Below are positions 19,090-29,700 of a DNA stretch of 64,000 nt, piece after piece. Numbering within the stretch: position 1 is the stretch's first letter; each line of letters starts with the position of its first letter. This DNA is from Rubripirellula sp. GTDB taxonomy: Bacteria; Planctomycetota; Planctomycetia; Pirellulales; Pirellulaceae. The notes under the pieces are model-generated. The model searched no databases. It saw only the letters and a program-made list of their open reading frames with translations, and was not told the origin of the DNA. Where the stretch lies: positions 6,176,001 through 6,240,000 of the forward strand of contig OZ244207.1 in assembly GCA_965216875.1 (NCBI GenBank). Direction: 5' to 3'. Both the position numbers and the translations under genes were made by a program.

Positions 19090-19473
19090 TTGGAATTGGG
19101 GAGCTTCACTTTTCGCTCGGCGAGCCATTCCTTGAACCCTTATCAATCCACTCTTCACACTTCGGGCGTTTCCCGTTGGTCGCATTTCGCCACGTGGCTC
19201 GTCGTCCTCGGCTGCTACACGAGCCTATTGCCTGTCAATGTTGGCGTCGTGTTCTCTGGATTGCTTGTGTTTTTCATGGGGCCCATCCCGCCATCAGTCT
19301 TTGTGGGCCTGGCAATCGCTTGGGGTGCAACAGGCTTGATATTTGGTTGCATCACCCTAATCACATCGCCATCGGTCCGGCAGCGACTTGCTTTCATCAC
19401 ATGGTCCGCTTGCGTGACTCTTGCTGGCATTCTTTTCAACACATGGTGTGTGTTTGTCATTTTGAGCCGGTAG
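19090..19473 (+). CDS. Small hypothetical membrane protein
   Basis: NPYQST motif typical of small planctomycete membrane proteins, then 3 hydrophobic segments; start uncertain. Confidence 0.5.
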   Translation: MELGSFTFRSASHSLNPYQSTLHTSGVSRWSHFATWLVVLGCYTSLLPVNVGVVFSGLLVFFMGPIPPSVFVGLAIAWGATGLIFGCITLITSPSVRQRLAFITWSACVTLAGILFNTWCVFVILSR

Positions 19474-19539
19474 AAAAGAGCCAACCCAAAACTCATGCCA
19501 GCAAAGTGCCAAGCCAGATTCCCACAGGGGATTCCCATA

Positions 19540-20004
19540 GGGGACAGGCACACACCCTTCTCTTTGGATCCTCCGCTGAGGGGACAGGCATGGAGCAATG
19601 ACAGTATCAACCTGACTCATCTGGTAGTGCTCTGTCCCCAGTTAAGAAAGGGGACAGGCACACAATAGTCATGCCTGCCCCCTCGCGCTGCGTGCTCTGT
19701 CCCCGAACAATCTCCGGGGGCGCTTTAGGGGACAGGCACTGGATGGGGATGCCGGTCCCAATTCTTAGCGCGAATGGGCTGGCTGGGAAACGTGGGAAGC
19801 CCGGAATCCGGGTAGTGCTCTGTCCCCGGCCGATGCCGAGGCCGATCCGGGCGATCCCGCATGCCTGTCCCTTTGCGCGGACGGTGGTGCTCTGTCCCCC
19901 GGCGCGGTGCGTGTGCCTGTCCCCGATCGAGCCTGTGTCGGCCGGCGCGCCTGTCCCCTATCACGGACTTGGTTGAGCGCATGTTGATGCCTGTCCCCTG
20001 GCGA
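19540..20004. repeat. Cluster of about 13 short GGGGACAG / CTGTCCCC repeats in both orientations
   Basis: GGGGACAGGCA at 19540, 19580, 19650, 19728; GTGCTCTGTCCCC near 19627, 19692, 19815, 19887; GCCTGTCCC(C) near 19863, 19915, 19949, 19989. Confidence 0.92.
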
Positions 20005-20118
20005 GGGGCGAGCGTGAGAATTGCCTTTGCGCCATCGGGTTTGCTGCTATCCTGGCAGGTTCGAATCGCCGCGGTTGCGGCGACCTCCCTGCCTTCCGCA
20101 CCTTGCCCGGAGAATTTG

Positions 20119-20499
20119 GTGAACGGACCCGACTTTTCGAAGAGTGATTTGATTCCCGTGATCGCCCAAGACGACGCGACCGGCGACGTCTTGATGCTGG
20201 CATACATGAACGACGAGGCGTACCAAGAAACGCTCAAAACGGGACGGGTTTGCTACTTTTCTCGCAGCCGCAACAAGCTCTGGCGCAAAGGTGAAGAAAG
20301 CGGCAACGTCCAGGAAGTCAAAGGCATCTTCTTTGATTGCGACGCCGATACACTACTCGTCAAAGTCAACCAAATTGGCGATGCCGCATGCCACGAAGGC
20401 TACCGCAGCTGCTTCTTCCGACAAGTCGTCCCCGAAGCCGACCAACCAACGATCGTTGGCGAACGTATCTTTGACCCCAAAGAAGTTTACAAGAAGTAG
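20119..20499 (+). CDS. hisI: Phosphoribosyl-AMP cyclohydrolase
   Basis: [50 protein letters not shown]; start GTG 20119 or TTG 20116 after GGAGA. Confidence 0.95.
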   Translation: MNGPDFSKSDLIPVIAQDDATGDVLMLAYMNDEAYQETLKTGRVCYFSRSRNKLWRKGEESGNVQEVKGIFFDCDADTLLVKVNQIGDAACHEGYRSCFFRQVVPEADQPTIVGERIFDPKEVYKK

Positions 20500-20516
20500 A
20501 TCAAAGCCAACGCATC

Positions 20517-21398
20517 ATGAGTGACTCCGAAATCCTGAAACTCGGCATCCCCGCTGGAAGCCTGCAACAATCGACCGCCGAATTGTTCGAGCGAGCTGGT
20601 TACGACATCACGTTCTCGTCTCGTTCCTATTACCCCTCGATCGATGACGACGAAATCGAATGCCTGCTCATTCGCGCTCAAGAAATGGCCCGCTACGTCG
20701 AACAGGGTGTTCTTGACGCCGGCATCACCGGTCACGACTGGGTCTTGGAAACCCAAGCGGATGTCGTCGAGGTCTGTGAACTTCGTTTCTCCAAAGTGAG
20801 TCGCCGACCTGTTCGCTGGGTCCTTTGCGTCCCCAATGACTCGCCCGTCCAATCGGTCAAGGACCTGCAAGGAAAACGTATCGCTACGGAAGCGGTCGGT
20901 CTAACCCAAAGCTACCTTGCCAAACATGGCGTCGAAGCGAACGTCGAATTCTCTTGGGGAGCCACCGAGGTCAAGCCTCCAAAACTCGCCGATGCCATTG
21001 TCGAAGTGACAGAAACAGGCAGTTCGCTTCGTGCCAATAACCTGCGCATCGTTGATGAAGTGATTCAAAGCACGACTCGAATGATCGCCAACAAAGACGC
21101 AATGGCCGATCCTTGGAAAAAGGCAAAGCTTGATAACATCGCCTTGATGCTTAAGTCGTGCCTGCATGCCGAGGGCAAAGTCGGCTTGATGATGAACGTT
21201 GCCCGCAACGATCTTGATGCAGTCCTTGAAATGCTTCCAGCGTTGCAGAAGCCAACCATCTCGGCGTTATCTGACCCCGAATGGGTCGACGTGATTAGCA
21301 TCCTCGAGGAAAAGGTTGTTCGCAATATCGTACCCAAGCTTAAGTCGCTTGGCGCGACGGGGATCGTCGAATACCCGATCAACAAACTGATCGACTAG
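20517..21398 (+). CDS. hisG: ATP phosphoribosyltransferase (long form)
   Basis: [50 protein letters not shown]-terminal regulatory domain. Confidence 0.96.
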   Translation: MSDSEILKLGIPAGSLQQSTAELFERAGYDITFSSRSYYPSIDDDEIECLLIRAQEMARYVEQGVLDAGITGHDWVLETQADVVEVCELRFSKVSRRPVRWVLCVPNDSPVQSVKDLQGKRIATEAVGLTQSYLAKHGVEANVEFSWGATEVKPPKLADAIVEVTETGSSLRANNLRIVDEVIQSTTRMIANKDAMADPWKKAKLDNIALMLKSCLHAEGKVGLMMNVARNDLDAVLEMLPALQKPTISALSDPEWVDVISILEEKVVRNIVPKLKSLGATGIVEYPINKLID

Positions 21399-21429
21399 TC
21401 GTTCGTCAATCATTCTCATCAAGCGAAAA

Positions 21430-21475
21430 CGGTAGTGAACGAAAGCCCGACGATTCGTTGCTTCGTCCACTACCG
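21430..21475. terminator. Hairpin between convergent hisG and DUF1559 genes
   Basis: CGGTAGTG...CACTACCG stem. Confidence 0.5.
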
Positions 21476-21511
21476 TGAAACCAAACGCTCAACTGAAGTG
21501 GAATCGATCCA

Positions 21512-22759
21512 CTACTGGTTCAGCGGTTCTTGGATCTTTTCCTTGTTGGCCTTTGTGCCAAGCGCACCCCACAGCCCATAGGGGCTCTGGCTACCAGGTG
21601 CTCGGCCTCCGGTCCGATTTAGCCGAACGGTACCGTGTGTCGAGTCGCCTGCTTCGATGGAGTCGGTGATAAAGATCACGGCCCCGTCAGACATCAGCAT
21701 GTGACAACCGCCAGAGTGCCGACTGCTCGGGGGCAAGATCCCATTGCCAGTGTGATCGATCGAAATGCAGACCTCTTTGTTCGGTGGCAAGATCGTGTTG
21801 ACGACGGTGAAAGGCGCATCACCACTTGCCCAACGAAAACCGCGACATGCATTGGAGGCAAGTAATTGAGTGACTCCGGGTGCCCAGAACAAAGGTCGCT
21901 GGGGATCAAGGTCTCCGCGGCAAGCGATCGGGTTGTCTTGAACCGTTGAAAAGCCCACGCCGCCACGTGGATGGGTTGTGGCGAATCGATCACCCAAGTC
22001 GGTCGCGATTTCACCGCACATGAACGTATTGGAAAGTCCATCAAGAATGTCGCGAAACTTGGCAACCGTGCGTGTCACGAACACGCCTCGGCCCGACGCG
22101 CGAATCTCTTGAGTTCGCGTGCGTGAAAGGGTTTGCAGATCGTTGCTGAACGGACCCGAATCATGCAGCCGATTTGCATCGCCCAAACATGCTGCGTAGT
22201 TCGTTCGTCCCATCGCTGGAAAGCCCGTCCCCGGATCACTTGGGCAGCGAAGCGTGGGAATCTCGGTCATCCATGGTGGGTAGTCGGTGTTGCGCGTGTT
22301 CTGTCCCGTGCCGTGCAGATTCACTTCGTCAGTCGGCGTCGGTCCCATCGGCGGCCATGGTGGGTTTCGAGGCGTGCCTGGCGTTGAAAGGTCCTCCGTG
22401 TTGGGGTTGGTGATCTGCTCGTAGAGTGCCTGTTGTTCAAAGTAAGGCAATAAGCCCACGAAAATACTCAACCGCATCCGATTGGAAAGATCACCTGGCT
22501 GCCACCATCCGCCGGCCGCCGGTGATGGACGCGTGCCGCCCATGTGCATCGGCAGTTCTTTGTGGGCAGTGTGGTAGTTGTGAATGGCGAGCCCGATCTG
22601 TTTGAAGTTGTTGCTACAGCTCATCCGCCGTGCAGCTTCACGAGCGGCTTGAACTGCTGGAAGCAACAACCCGACAAGGACTCCGATAATTGCAATGACG
22701 ACCAATAACTCGACCAACGTAAAACCCGCTGATCGATGTCGCGTTACCCATGGTTTCAT
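21512..22759 (-). CDS. DUF1559 (prepilin-type N-terminal cleavage/methylation, H-X9-DG) protein
   Basis: GFTLVELLVVIAIIGVLVGLLLPAVQAAREAARR, CPSD, DGLSNT, SRHSGGCHMLMSDGAV. Confidence 0.95.
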   Translation of the reverse strand: MKPWVTRHRSAGFTLVELLVVIAIIGVLVGLLLPAVQAAREAARRMSCSNNFKQIGLAIHNYHTAHKELPMHMGGTRPSPAAGGWWQPGDLSNRMRLSIFVGLLPYFEQQALYEQITNPNTEDLSTPGTPRNPPWPPMGPTPTDEVNLHGTGQNTRNTDYPPWMTEIPTLRCPSDPGTGFPAMGRTNYAACLGDANRLHDSGPFSNDLQTLSRTRTQEIRASGRGVFVTRTVAKFRDILDGLSNTFMCGEIATDLGDRFATTHPRGGVGFSTVQDNPIACRGDLDPQRPLFWAPGVTQLLASNACRGFRWASGDAPFTVVNTILPPNKEVCISIDHTGNGILPPSSRHSGGCHMLMSDGAVIFITDSIEAGDSTHGTVRLNRTGGRAPGSQSPYGLWGALGTKANKEKIQEPLNQ

Positions 22760-22853
22760 CGATTCGCTCCAATAAATAAGCAATGAATGTTCATATGTCG
22801 TAAAGAATGACCAGCCGCAACCGGATTGATTGCAGCAATCGAATAACGGTTCG

Positions 22854-23117
22854 TTAACGGCCTCCGCCACCGCGAACCAATGGAGACTCCGACGCAACCG
22901 GTGCCTCACGAACGTCTTGATCGCCGCGCATCGATTCGACCGCCTGCTGGTTACTCTTCTCCTGTTGCGTCAGTTCGTACTGTTGATCGTGTTGAATGAC
23001 CGTTAGGTCGTCTCCACAACCTGTAAAACTGATCGACAAGACTCCGAGTGGCAAAGCGAGAAGCAACCGGGGCACGCGCAGTCGTTTTCTGTTTGCGTGA
23101 TTCAAGATCACCTCCAA
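22854..23117 (-). CDS. Small putative lipoprotein
   Basis: Basic N-terminus, hydrophobic stretch, FTGC lipobox; typical partner of DUF1559 genes. Confidence 0.55.
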   Translation of the reverse strand: MEVILNHANRKRLRVPRLLLALPLGVLSISFTGCGDDLTVIQHDQQYELTQQEKSNQQAVESMRGDQDVREAPVASESPLVRGGGGR

Positions 23118-23549
23118 AAAACGGGAAATGGGACAACAGAACGTCCCCGTGACCTTTGTTGAATCGTCGGGAACGTTTGCGAAGCACTAGCGACGCAATT
23201 TGGATGCGGAACGTGTGCACGTTCCGACCAAGCATCAGAGGACGGTCCCGACGTCACGAATGCCCCCAAGTGAAATCACTTCGAAGCCGTATTCCGATTT
23301 GCTTGTGCGTACTAGAAGAAAGCAGCTGTTACGCGAAAAGCAGTTTTGGTTCGCGATCGCTGCCTTCGTATTGCTTCACCTTTCCTCACCAAGGCACCTC
23401 ATAGGTCGAAACAGACCGTGTATTGCCGTTGAAAACACTTGACCGAGAATGATTCACCCACGAAGCTGAACTCTTCGAAAAAAGTAAAACGATTGCAACT
23501 GGCGTCATAAGCCATCGCGTTACCTAAACACTTGTAAAGGCACATTGCT

Positions 23550-25961
23550 GTGTTCACTCGTGCACAACTGATACCCTTCCTTTGTTTCTGTCTGGTAGCC
23601 GTTTGTAGTGCCATTTCATACGGCCAACAAAAAGAATTGAAAGTCGTCGTTGGTAGTGTTGCACTACCCGATGGCACACCTGCAGAGAATGCGGACGTCC
23701 ATCTCTTGCGCCGCAGTTCCGGTTCGTACACGTTGCCAGTCAAGACGACCAAAGTCGTCACCGATGAGAAAGGTACGTTCGAATTTCGCGACGTCTCGCC
23801 TGGTAAGTACAAGGTCTGGGCAGAGACTCCACGGTTCACTTCGCTAAAGAAGAAGCTCGGCGGCCTTGAGTTAACCGTTACCAAGGACGAGGACGAGATA
23901 TCACTCGAAACGCTCAAGATGCACGAAGGTTGTCGCTATCTTGTGCGCATTGTCTCAGCAGAAACGGGCAAACCACTTGCAGGCGGGCGGGTGATCTTTG
24001 GTTGGACAGATCTCCCGCGCGAGTATCACGGCAACGAGGAAGGGATCGTCGATATCGGGGGCCTAGGAGTTGATGATTGGTACTTCGTTGTCTCGGCAAC
24101 GGGTCACGGCATCGAATTTAAGAAGGTTCCCAAACAATCACTCGGCAGCACGACGGAACTTGAATTCAAGCTCAAACCGGGTGGGCGGCTTGAAGGTGTC
24201 GTTCAAGACGAAGCCGGAAAGCCAGTGGCCGGCGCTCGCGTCTACGCGAGCGGCACAACAGGTGGCATGACTCCCAACTACGGCCGTGCCACCACCGGCG
24301 AAGACGGAACGTTTGAGTTCCGCAATCTACCGGCCGGCGTTCAGATTCGAGTCAGCGCCAGCAAGGATGAGCACGAGCGTGTATCCGAGAACATCGCGAT
24401 TGGCGCCGGCCAAGTCTCATCGTCGATCAAACTGTTGTGTAAGCGACGACCCTACGGAGGTGACTGTATCGTCACGGTGGTCGACGAAGACCAAAACCCG
24501 ATCTCCGAGGCCCTCATTCAAAACACTGGCAGTTCGAGTTCGCTCACGCGCGAAGCCACAACAGACAAAGCTGGCAAGGCACTGCTAGCGAACATGTATA
24601 AGAGCTATCGTGGATTGCGTGTGTTCGCTCGTGCGAAAGGCTACATCACTCAGGAATTCACGGTCGAAGCGGGGACGAAGGAAGACCCCAGTACATTCAA
24701 GGTTGTGATGCAAAAGGGTGTGACCTTAAAGGGCCGTTTGGTCGACCCCGAAGGAAAACCTGCGGCCAAAATCCGGGTCTATTACAACGAGGGCGAACAT
24801 CCCTGGACGGTAGGTGGCCGCGTCACAACCGACGATCAAGGGCATTTCGATATCGAAGGACTTCCCGAAGCGTCGACGTTGACCATCTATACACCCAAGA
24901 AGTACGCGCCCATCAATGACATGAAAGTCACCGCAGGTCAGGCCGAGCGGATCACGTTCGAGATGAAACTAGCGGGTGTGCTTCGGATCCGGGCAATCGA
25001 TTCGGAAACGAAAAAGCCGATCGAAGAATTCAACGTCAAGGTTGCTAACTCGCGCCAGCGCGACGCCAACGATCCTTGGGGTTCGTTCAGCACGGCGTTC
25101 TCGCGTCAGGGCGTGAACGTGATGGGCGAGCAGAAAACGTTCGAGATGACCCACTTGATGCCGGGTACTCCGTTGTTGGTCACCGTTTCGGCCAAGGGCT
25201 ACGAATCGTTTTCGCAAGACCGGATGATGACCGAAAGTAGCAACAAGGCGAAGGTGATTGACATCGCCTTAAAACGAGATGATCCAGAAAACTACGAATC
25301 CATTGCTGGGAAGATTGAAACGAGTGATGGTAAACCTGTCGTGGGAGCGATGGTCAGATTGATCGTCGGCAAGGAATCGCCAATCTCGGAAGCGAACAAG
25401 CTGCAAGGTGGGCGTCCCGATGTCTGGCGAAACTACAACTGGTACTTGGTGATGTCGGACCACATTGACCGGTCGCCGAATTGTCTTCAGGTACTGACCA
25501 CCGCGACCAACACGCAAGGCAACTTCAAGTTCCAACAAGTCCAAAAGAAAGGCGAGTGGCTTGAGTTGATTCACACCGGTGGCGGAATGGCCCCAGCCCG
25601 ACATCCCGACTTACGGAATGGCGACCAATCGCTTCAAGCGGTTCAGTTGACGGCGAAAAAACCATCGTCGATGCGGTTGTTCGTCGACAAGGACAAATAC
25701 CCCGATGCCCAATCGATCCAACTTGATGTCCCCTACTCAAGTCAGTATCCCGATTGTTTGAAAATGGCTTTCAATTCCAAGACGATCAACATCGACGAGA
25801 AGACTCGCGAAGTTCATTTCAAAGATCTGCCTGCAGGCAATTACCGCGTTTCGATTCAGAAGAAACCGACCCCGGTTGGGAACAACGGTTTTCGAACGGA
25901 AACGATCGGATCGTATACGGTCGAATTGCCTGTCGGCGAGGACATGGAAGGCGAACTCTAG
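23550..25961 (+). CDS. Secreted protein with multiple carboxypeptidase-regulatory-like (beta-sandwich) domains
   Basis: Signal peptide; repeated G.V.D..G.PV.GA.V...TD..G.F.. units. Confidence 0.85.
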   Translation: MFTRAQLIPFLCFCLVAVCSAISYGQQKELKVVVGSVALPDGTPAENADVHLLRRSSGSYTLPVKTTKVVTDEKGTFEFRDVSPGKYKVWAETPRFTSLKKKLGGLELTVTKDEDEISLETLKMHEGCRYLVRIVSAETGKPLAGGRVIFGWTDLPREYHGNEEGIVDIGGLGVDDWYFVVSATGHGIEFKKVPKQSLGSTTELEFKLKPGGRLEGVVQDEAGKPVAGARVYASGTTGGMTPNYGRATTGEDGTFEFRNLPAGVQIRVSASKDEHERVSENIAIGAGQVSSSIKLLCKRRPYGGDCIVTVVDEDQNPISEALIQNTGSSSSLTREATTDKAGKALLANMYKSYRGLRVFARAKGYITQEFTVEAGTKEDPSTFKVVMQKGVTLKGRLVDPEGKPAAKIRVYYNEGEHPWTVGGRVTTDDQGHFDIEGLPEASTLTIYTPKKYAPINDMKVTAGQAERITFEMKLAGVLRIRAIDSETKKPIEEFNVKVANSRQRDANDPWGSFSTAFSRQGVNVMGEQKTFEMTHLMPGTPLLVTVSAKGYESFSQDRMMTESSNKAKVIDIALKRDDPENYESIAGKIETSDGKPVVGAMVRLIVGKESPISEANKLQGGRPDVWRNYNWYLVMSDHIDRSPNCLQVLTTATNTQGNFKFQQVQKKGEWLELIHTGGGMAPARHPDLRNGDQSLQAVQLTAKKPSSMRLFVDKDKYPDAQSIQLDVPYSSQYPDCLKMAFNSKTINIDEKTREVHFKDLPAGNYRVSIQKKPTPVGNNGFRTETIGSYTVELPVGEDMEGEL

Positions 25962-25964
25962 GCG

Positions 25965-26570
25965 CTATTGCGCGTCACCAAGCTGTTTGCGCAATCGTCT
26001 GAGTACTCGGCTTTTGGCTTGTCGCACCGCGGCGGGCGTTACGGAAGCCTCGGCGGCGATCAAATCAGTGGGATGCCCGAGTACCGTTGCTCGCCAAAAG
26101 AGGTCCCAAGTGTTGCTCGTGAACTCGCCACGAATCTGCTGGAGTGCTCGGTGCACAAGTCCCGAAGCGTGGTCGGGTTCGGTGGGGTCTTCAAGCGGAA
26201 TCGGATCGACGATGCCTTGCAATTGAAAATGGGCGGTCGAGCCGCCTGGGGCTTGGTTACCTTTGTTACCTCGGTAGAACTCGACGATTCGGCTTCGGGT
26301 GATCGTCCAGAGCCAGCCGCGAAACGTTGCGCCATCACGTTTGGAATCGAAACGCTCAAGTCCGCGAAAAGCAGCTAAAAAGACTTCTTGAGCGATATCA
26401 GCGATCGATTCCGATGAAACTCCCGCGACGCGGCACCAGCGATCAACGAGCGGACCATAAAGTTCAACCAAATCCCGCCAAGCTTCGGGTGATCCGTCCC
26501 TCAACCGCTCGGCGAGACTAAGCCCGCTGGCATTGTCGGAACTTTTTTCTCGCGTCGTGTCACGCGCCAC
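25965..26570 (-). CDS. ECF RNA polymerase sigma factor (sigma-70 family)
   Basis: AWRDLVELYGPLV, DIAQEVF, TFRGWLWTIT, sigma4 AVRQAKSRVLRRLR; start uncertain (GTG 26570 or ATG 26654). Confidence 0.9.
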   Translation of the reverse strand: MARDTTREKSSDNASGLSLAERLRDGSPEAWRDLVELYGPLVDRWCRVAGVSSESIADIAQEVFLAAFRGLERFDSKRDGATFRGWLWTITRSRIVEFYRGNKGNQAPGGSTAHFQLQGIVDPIPLEDPTEPDHASGLVHRALQQIRGEFTSNTWDLFWRATVLGHPTDLIAAEASVTPAAVRQAKSRVLRRLRKQLGDAQ

Positions 26571-26792
26571 ACGTTGAACCTTATAGACGATGGAATTCTC
26601 GGGCGTCGGCCAGCCATTGCTGACGCTTTCGCTCGAATCAATTTCATCACCCATTGTGATAGGACCGTACAGCGTCCGCAACAAAAGGCCGATGGCTCGC
26701 GCCGTTTTGCTGGACTGACTTGAGCCCGAATCCTCGCGTGATTCCGCCAAGAAGGGACTGCAACGAACGCTCACCCAATACCGAAAGACGAT

Positions 26793-29700
26793 GTGATGCT
26801 CGCCACAAGCTGCTACTCACGCGATCAACTTGAAGATTACCTTCACGGAAGTGTCGACGATGCCTTGAGCGATGCGATCGAGTCGCACTTGGTCACCTGC
26901 CCAAAGTGCGAAGACACACTGGCCGAACTCGATGAAGCGGACGACACGCTTGTTCGCACCTTGAAATTACGCCAAGACTCGGTGATCGCCCCCGAGCCCG
27001 ACTGGGTCCAACGGGTCGCAGATGCTGCTTACGAGGGGTCATCGTCCGCAGATGTCGAGATGGACGAAACGTCGGACCAAGTGCTGGGAGACTATGTGCT
27101 TGAACGCGTGTTGGGCCGCGGCGGAATGAGCGTGGTGTTTGCGGCTCGGCACAAGCACCTCGGTCGCGAAGTTGCTCTGAAAGTTCTATTGCCGACCAAC
27201 CAACAACATGCGGTTTCGCGTGATCGATTCGCGCGTGAAATGCGCGCCGTTGGCGTGTTAGACCATGCTGCGATTGTCCGCGCGACCGATGCTGGCCAGT
27301 GCGACGACACGCTTTACTTGGTCATGGAACGGGTCCGTGGAGTTGACTTGAACCGTGTCTCGAAATCGCTCGGACCTCTACCTGTGGCCGAAGTCTGTAA
27401 GATCGGTCATGAAATCGCCTTGGGGCTTGCACACGCTCACGCCAAAGGTGTCGTTCATCGCGACGTCAAACCAAGCAACGTGATGTTGGACGACAATGCC
27501 AACATCAAAATCTTGGACTTCGGTCTCGCGCGCATGCAATCGGGCGTTTGTGATGTCAGCCTGCAAACGACCATGGGGCAATTGCTGGGAACGCTCGACT
27601 ATATGGCTCCCGAACAAGCCAGTGGCGGCGAAGTTGGACCTCAAGCGGACCTCTACGCTTTGGGCGCGACATTGTTCAAACTGCTTGCGGGTATACCGCC
27701 GCACGGTCGGTCTTCAGAGCTTCCGATTATTGAATTCCTCAATCGATTGGCGACTGACGAAGCGAGTGCGATCGATCAATTTCGCGCCGACGTTCCCATC
27801 GAGCTTGCCAACCTCATTGCTCAGCTTTTAACAAGCGATCCTTCCCAACGCCCTTCCTCAGCGAATCAAGTTGCTGAACAGCTTGCGGCATTTGCCGCCG
27901 ATGCTAACGTCGATTCCATTGCCGTTCAAGCGATCGCAAAACTGGATGAAACCGTCGAAGGCGAAGAGTTTTCTGTCAAAGCAACGCTCTCGCAGTTGTT
28001 GGCCGCGCATCGAAAAGACGACAACGATCCTTCGACAACAACATCGGGTACGAACCAAGCTGCGGGCGGGCCGCGACGTTTTGGCCCTTCGGATTGGATC
28101 GGACTTGGCCTCGGAGCGATCAGTCTATGTGGCGTGATTTGGTTGGCCATCATCTTAACGCTCAAGAGTGAACAAGGAGAGATACGCATCGAGTCCGACC
28201 TTGAGGATGTGCGGGTCGAAATCGTCGATGAAAAGGACCGCAGCGATATCCTTGCTGTGCAGCGTGGACAAGCTGCAACAACCGTGAGTGCTGGTCGTTA
28301 CCGGATACGACTTGCCTCGCCAGCCGATGGCATCGAAATCACGCCCAACAACTTGCAAGTCACGAGGGGCGGCATCGTGATTGCAAAAATCAAACAAACA
28401 AAGACATCCGAGTCGAAGAGTGATCCACCGACTGCGACGCCGAGAATGACGGCAGCGTTGGAAGTCGTTTTGGCGGAAACGGAAGAACAACTTCAAGCGG
28501 CGATCGATGCAAACAATACCGAACGCATTCGAAATCTAAGAACGAAACTTGAAGAACTGAGGATCATGAGCCGTCCTGTACCGACCGAGCCCGTTTACCA
28601 GGGCAGGACCCTCGGCGACTGGATTGCGCAAATGCGATTTGAACAGGAATCCAAGTCTCGCGAGCTAGCCGAAAACAACGTCCTGCGGCTCGCTGAAATT
28701 CAGCCGGACAGCCAGCACATCACCCTTGCCATGGAAGTTGGGGCTCGGCAATTCGAATGGAAGTCGAGAACCATTGCAGCACAATTGCTTTATGACTTAT
28801 CTCCCGACGGTAGCGCCGACAATCTGACCAAAATCGCAACACACATCGTCGACGTTGATCGGACGATTGCTGACGAACAACTTCGCCAATTGCTTTCGGG
28901 TGAAGATCGAAAGCTTCGCGATTACGCGCTCACCCTTTGCAGCGACCTGCGTATCAGCATTCAGCAGGGGCAGTGGCCAAAGACGTTTGCAGCCCTACGG
29001 GCGTTGGCCGCGACCCAATCGGAATCCGAAACCCAAGACCACGCCCGCCAGATCGTGCTTGCCATATGCGAACCTGATGCATCGGCAGCCACCCATCGGC
29101 TCGACCAATTGGATGCGAACTCTCTGAGCGAAGACGAGTTGACGCTGGTCCTTTATGTCATTCACGAGCGACGCTTCGAGGTCGACCGCAGTCGCCATGT
29201 CGAACTGCTTGCGCAGTGGTTCGACCGCATTGAATACGACCCCGGCCCCTACCCTTCCTACGGTCCGCTGAGCCGGTTTTGGTACCAAGCCAGCGTTGGG
29301 CCGTTCATCGGATTGGATGTTGGGAACATCAATGAGAAAACGCAGAATGAGCTGAATCAGGTTTTGACGCCGTTGATCACCAGCCTTCAACGGGCGGTCA
29401 ATGACGCCGAGAAAAGTCCCCATGATGCAAAACTCAATCGCGCCGCAGCGAGCAAGTCGCTGTCATTGTCTACATTGCTGCGGGAGATCCCGCTTACAGG
29501 ATCCGCTCGCGAGCAGGCAGCGAAGGCACTCGACCAACGGCTCGACCAACTGATTCGTTTTCGAGCCGAAAGTGACGTGCCGCCGATGAACACCATGGAC
29601 TCGCCATCTTCTGTCAGCAGCATCCTTCTGCTGCTTACCGGTTCGGTACCTGAACAACTCACACGAGATTCATCCGGCGAAAATGGCTGGATGGCGAAAG

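Noticed and set aside
19540..20004. CRISPR array
   Set aside because: Repeats are only 10-17 nt, in both orientations, with irregular spacing; no cas genes in the window
19671..20237. ORFs across the repeat cluster, including the long N-terminal extension of hisI from 19861
   Set aside because: They translate the repeat motif (CP/VP-rich); HisI similarity starts near 20119 after an RBS
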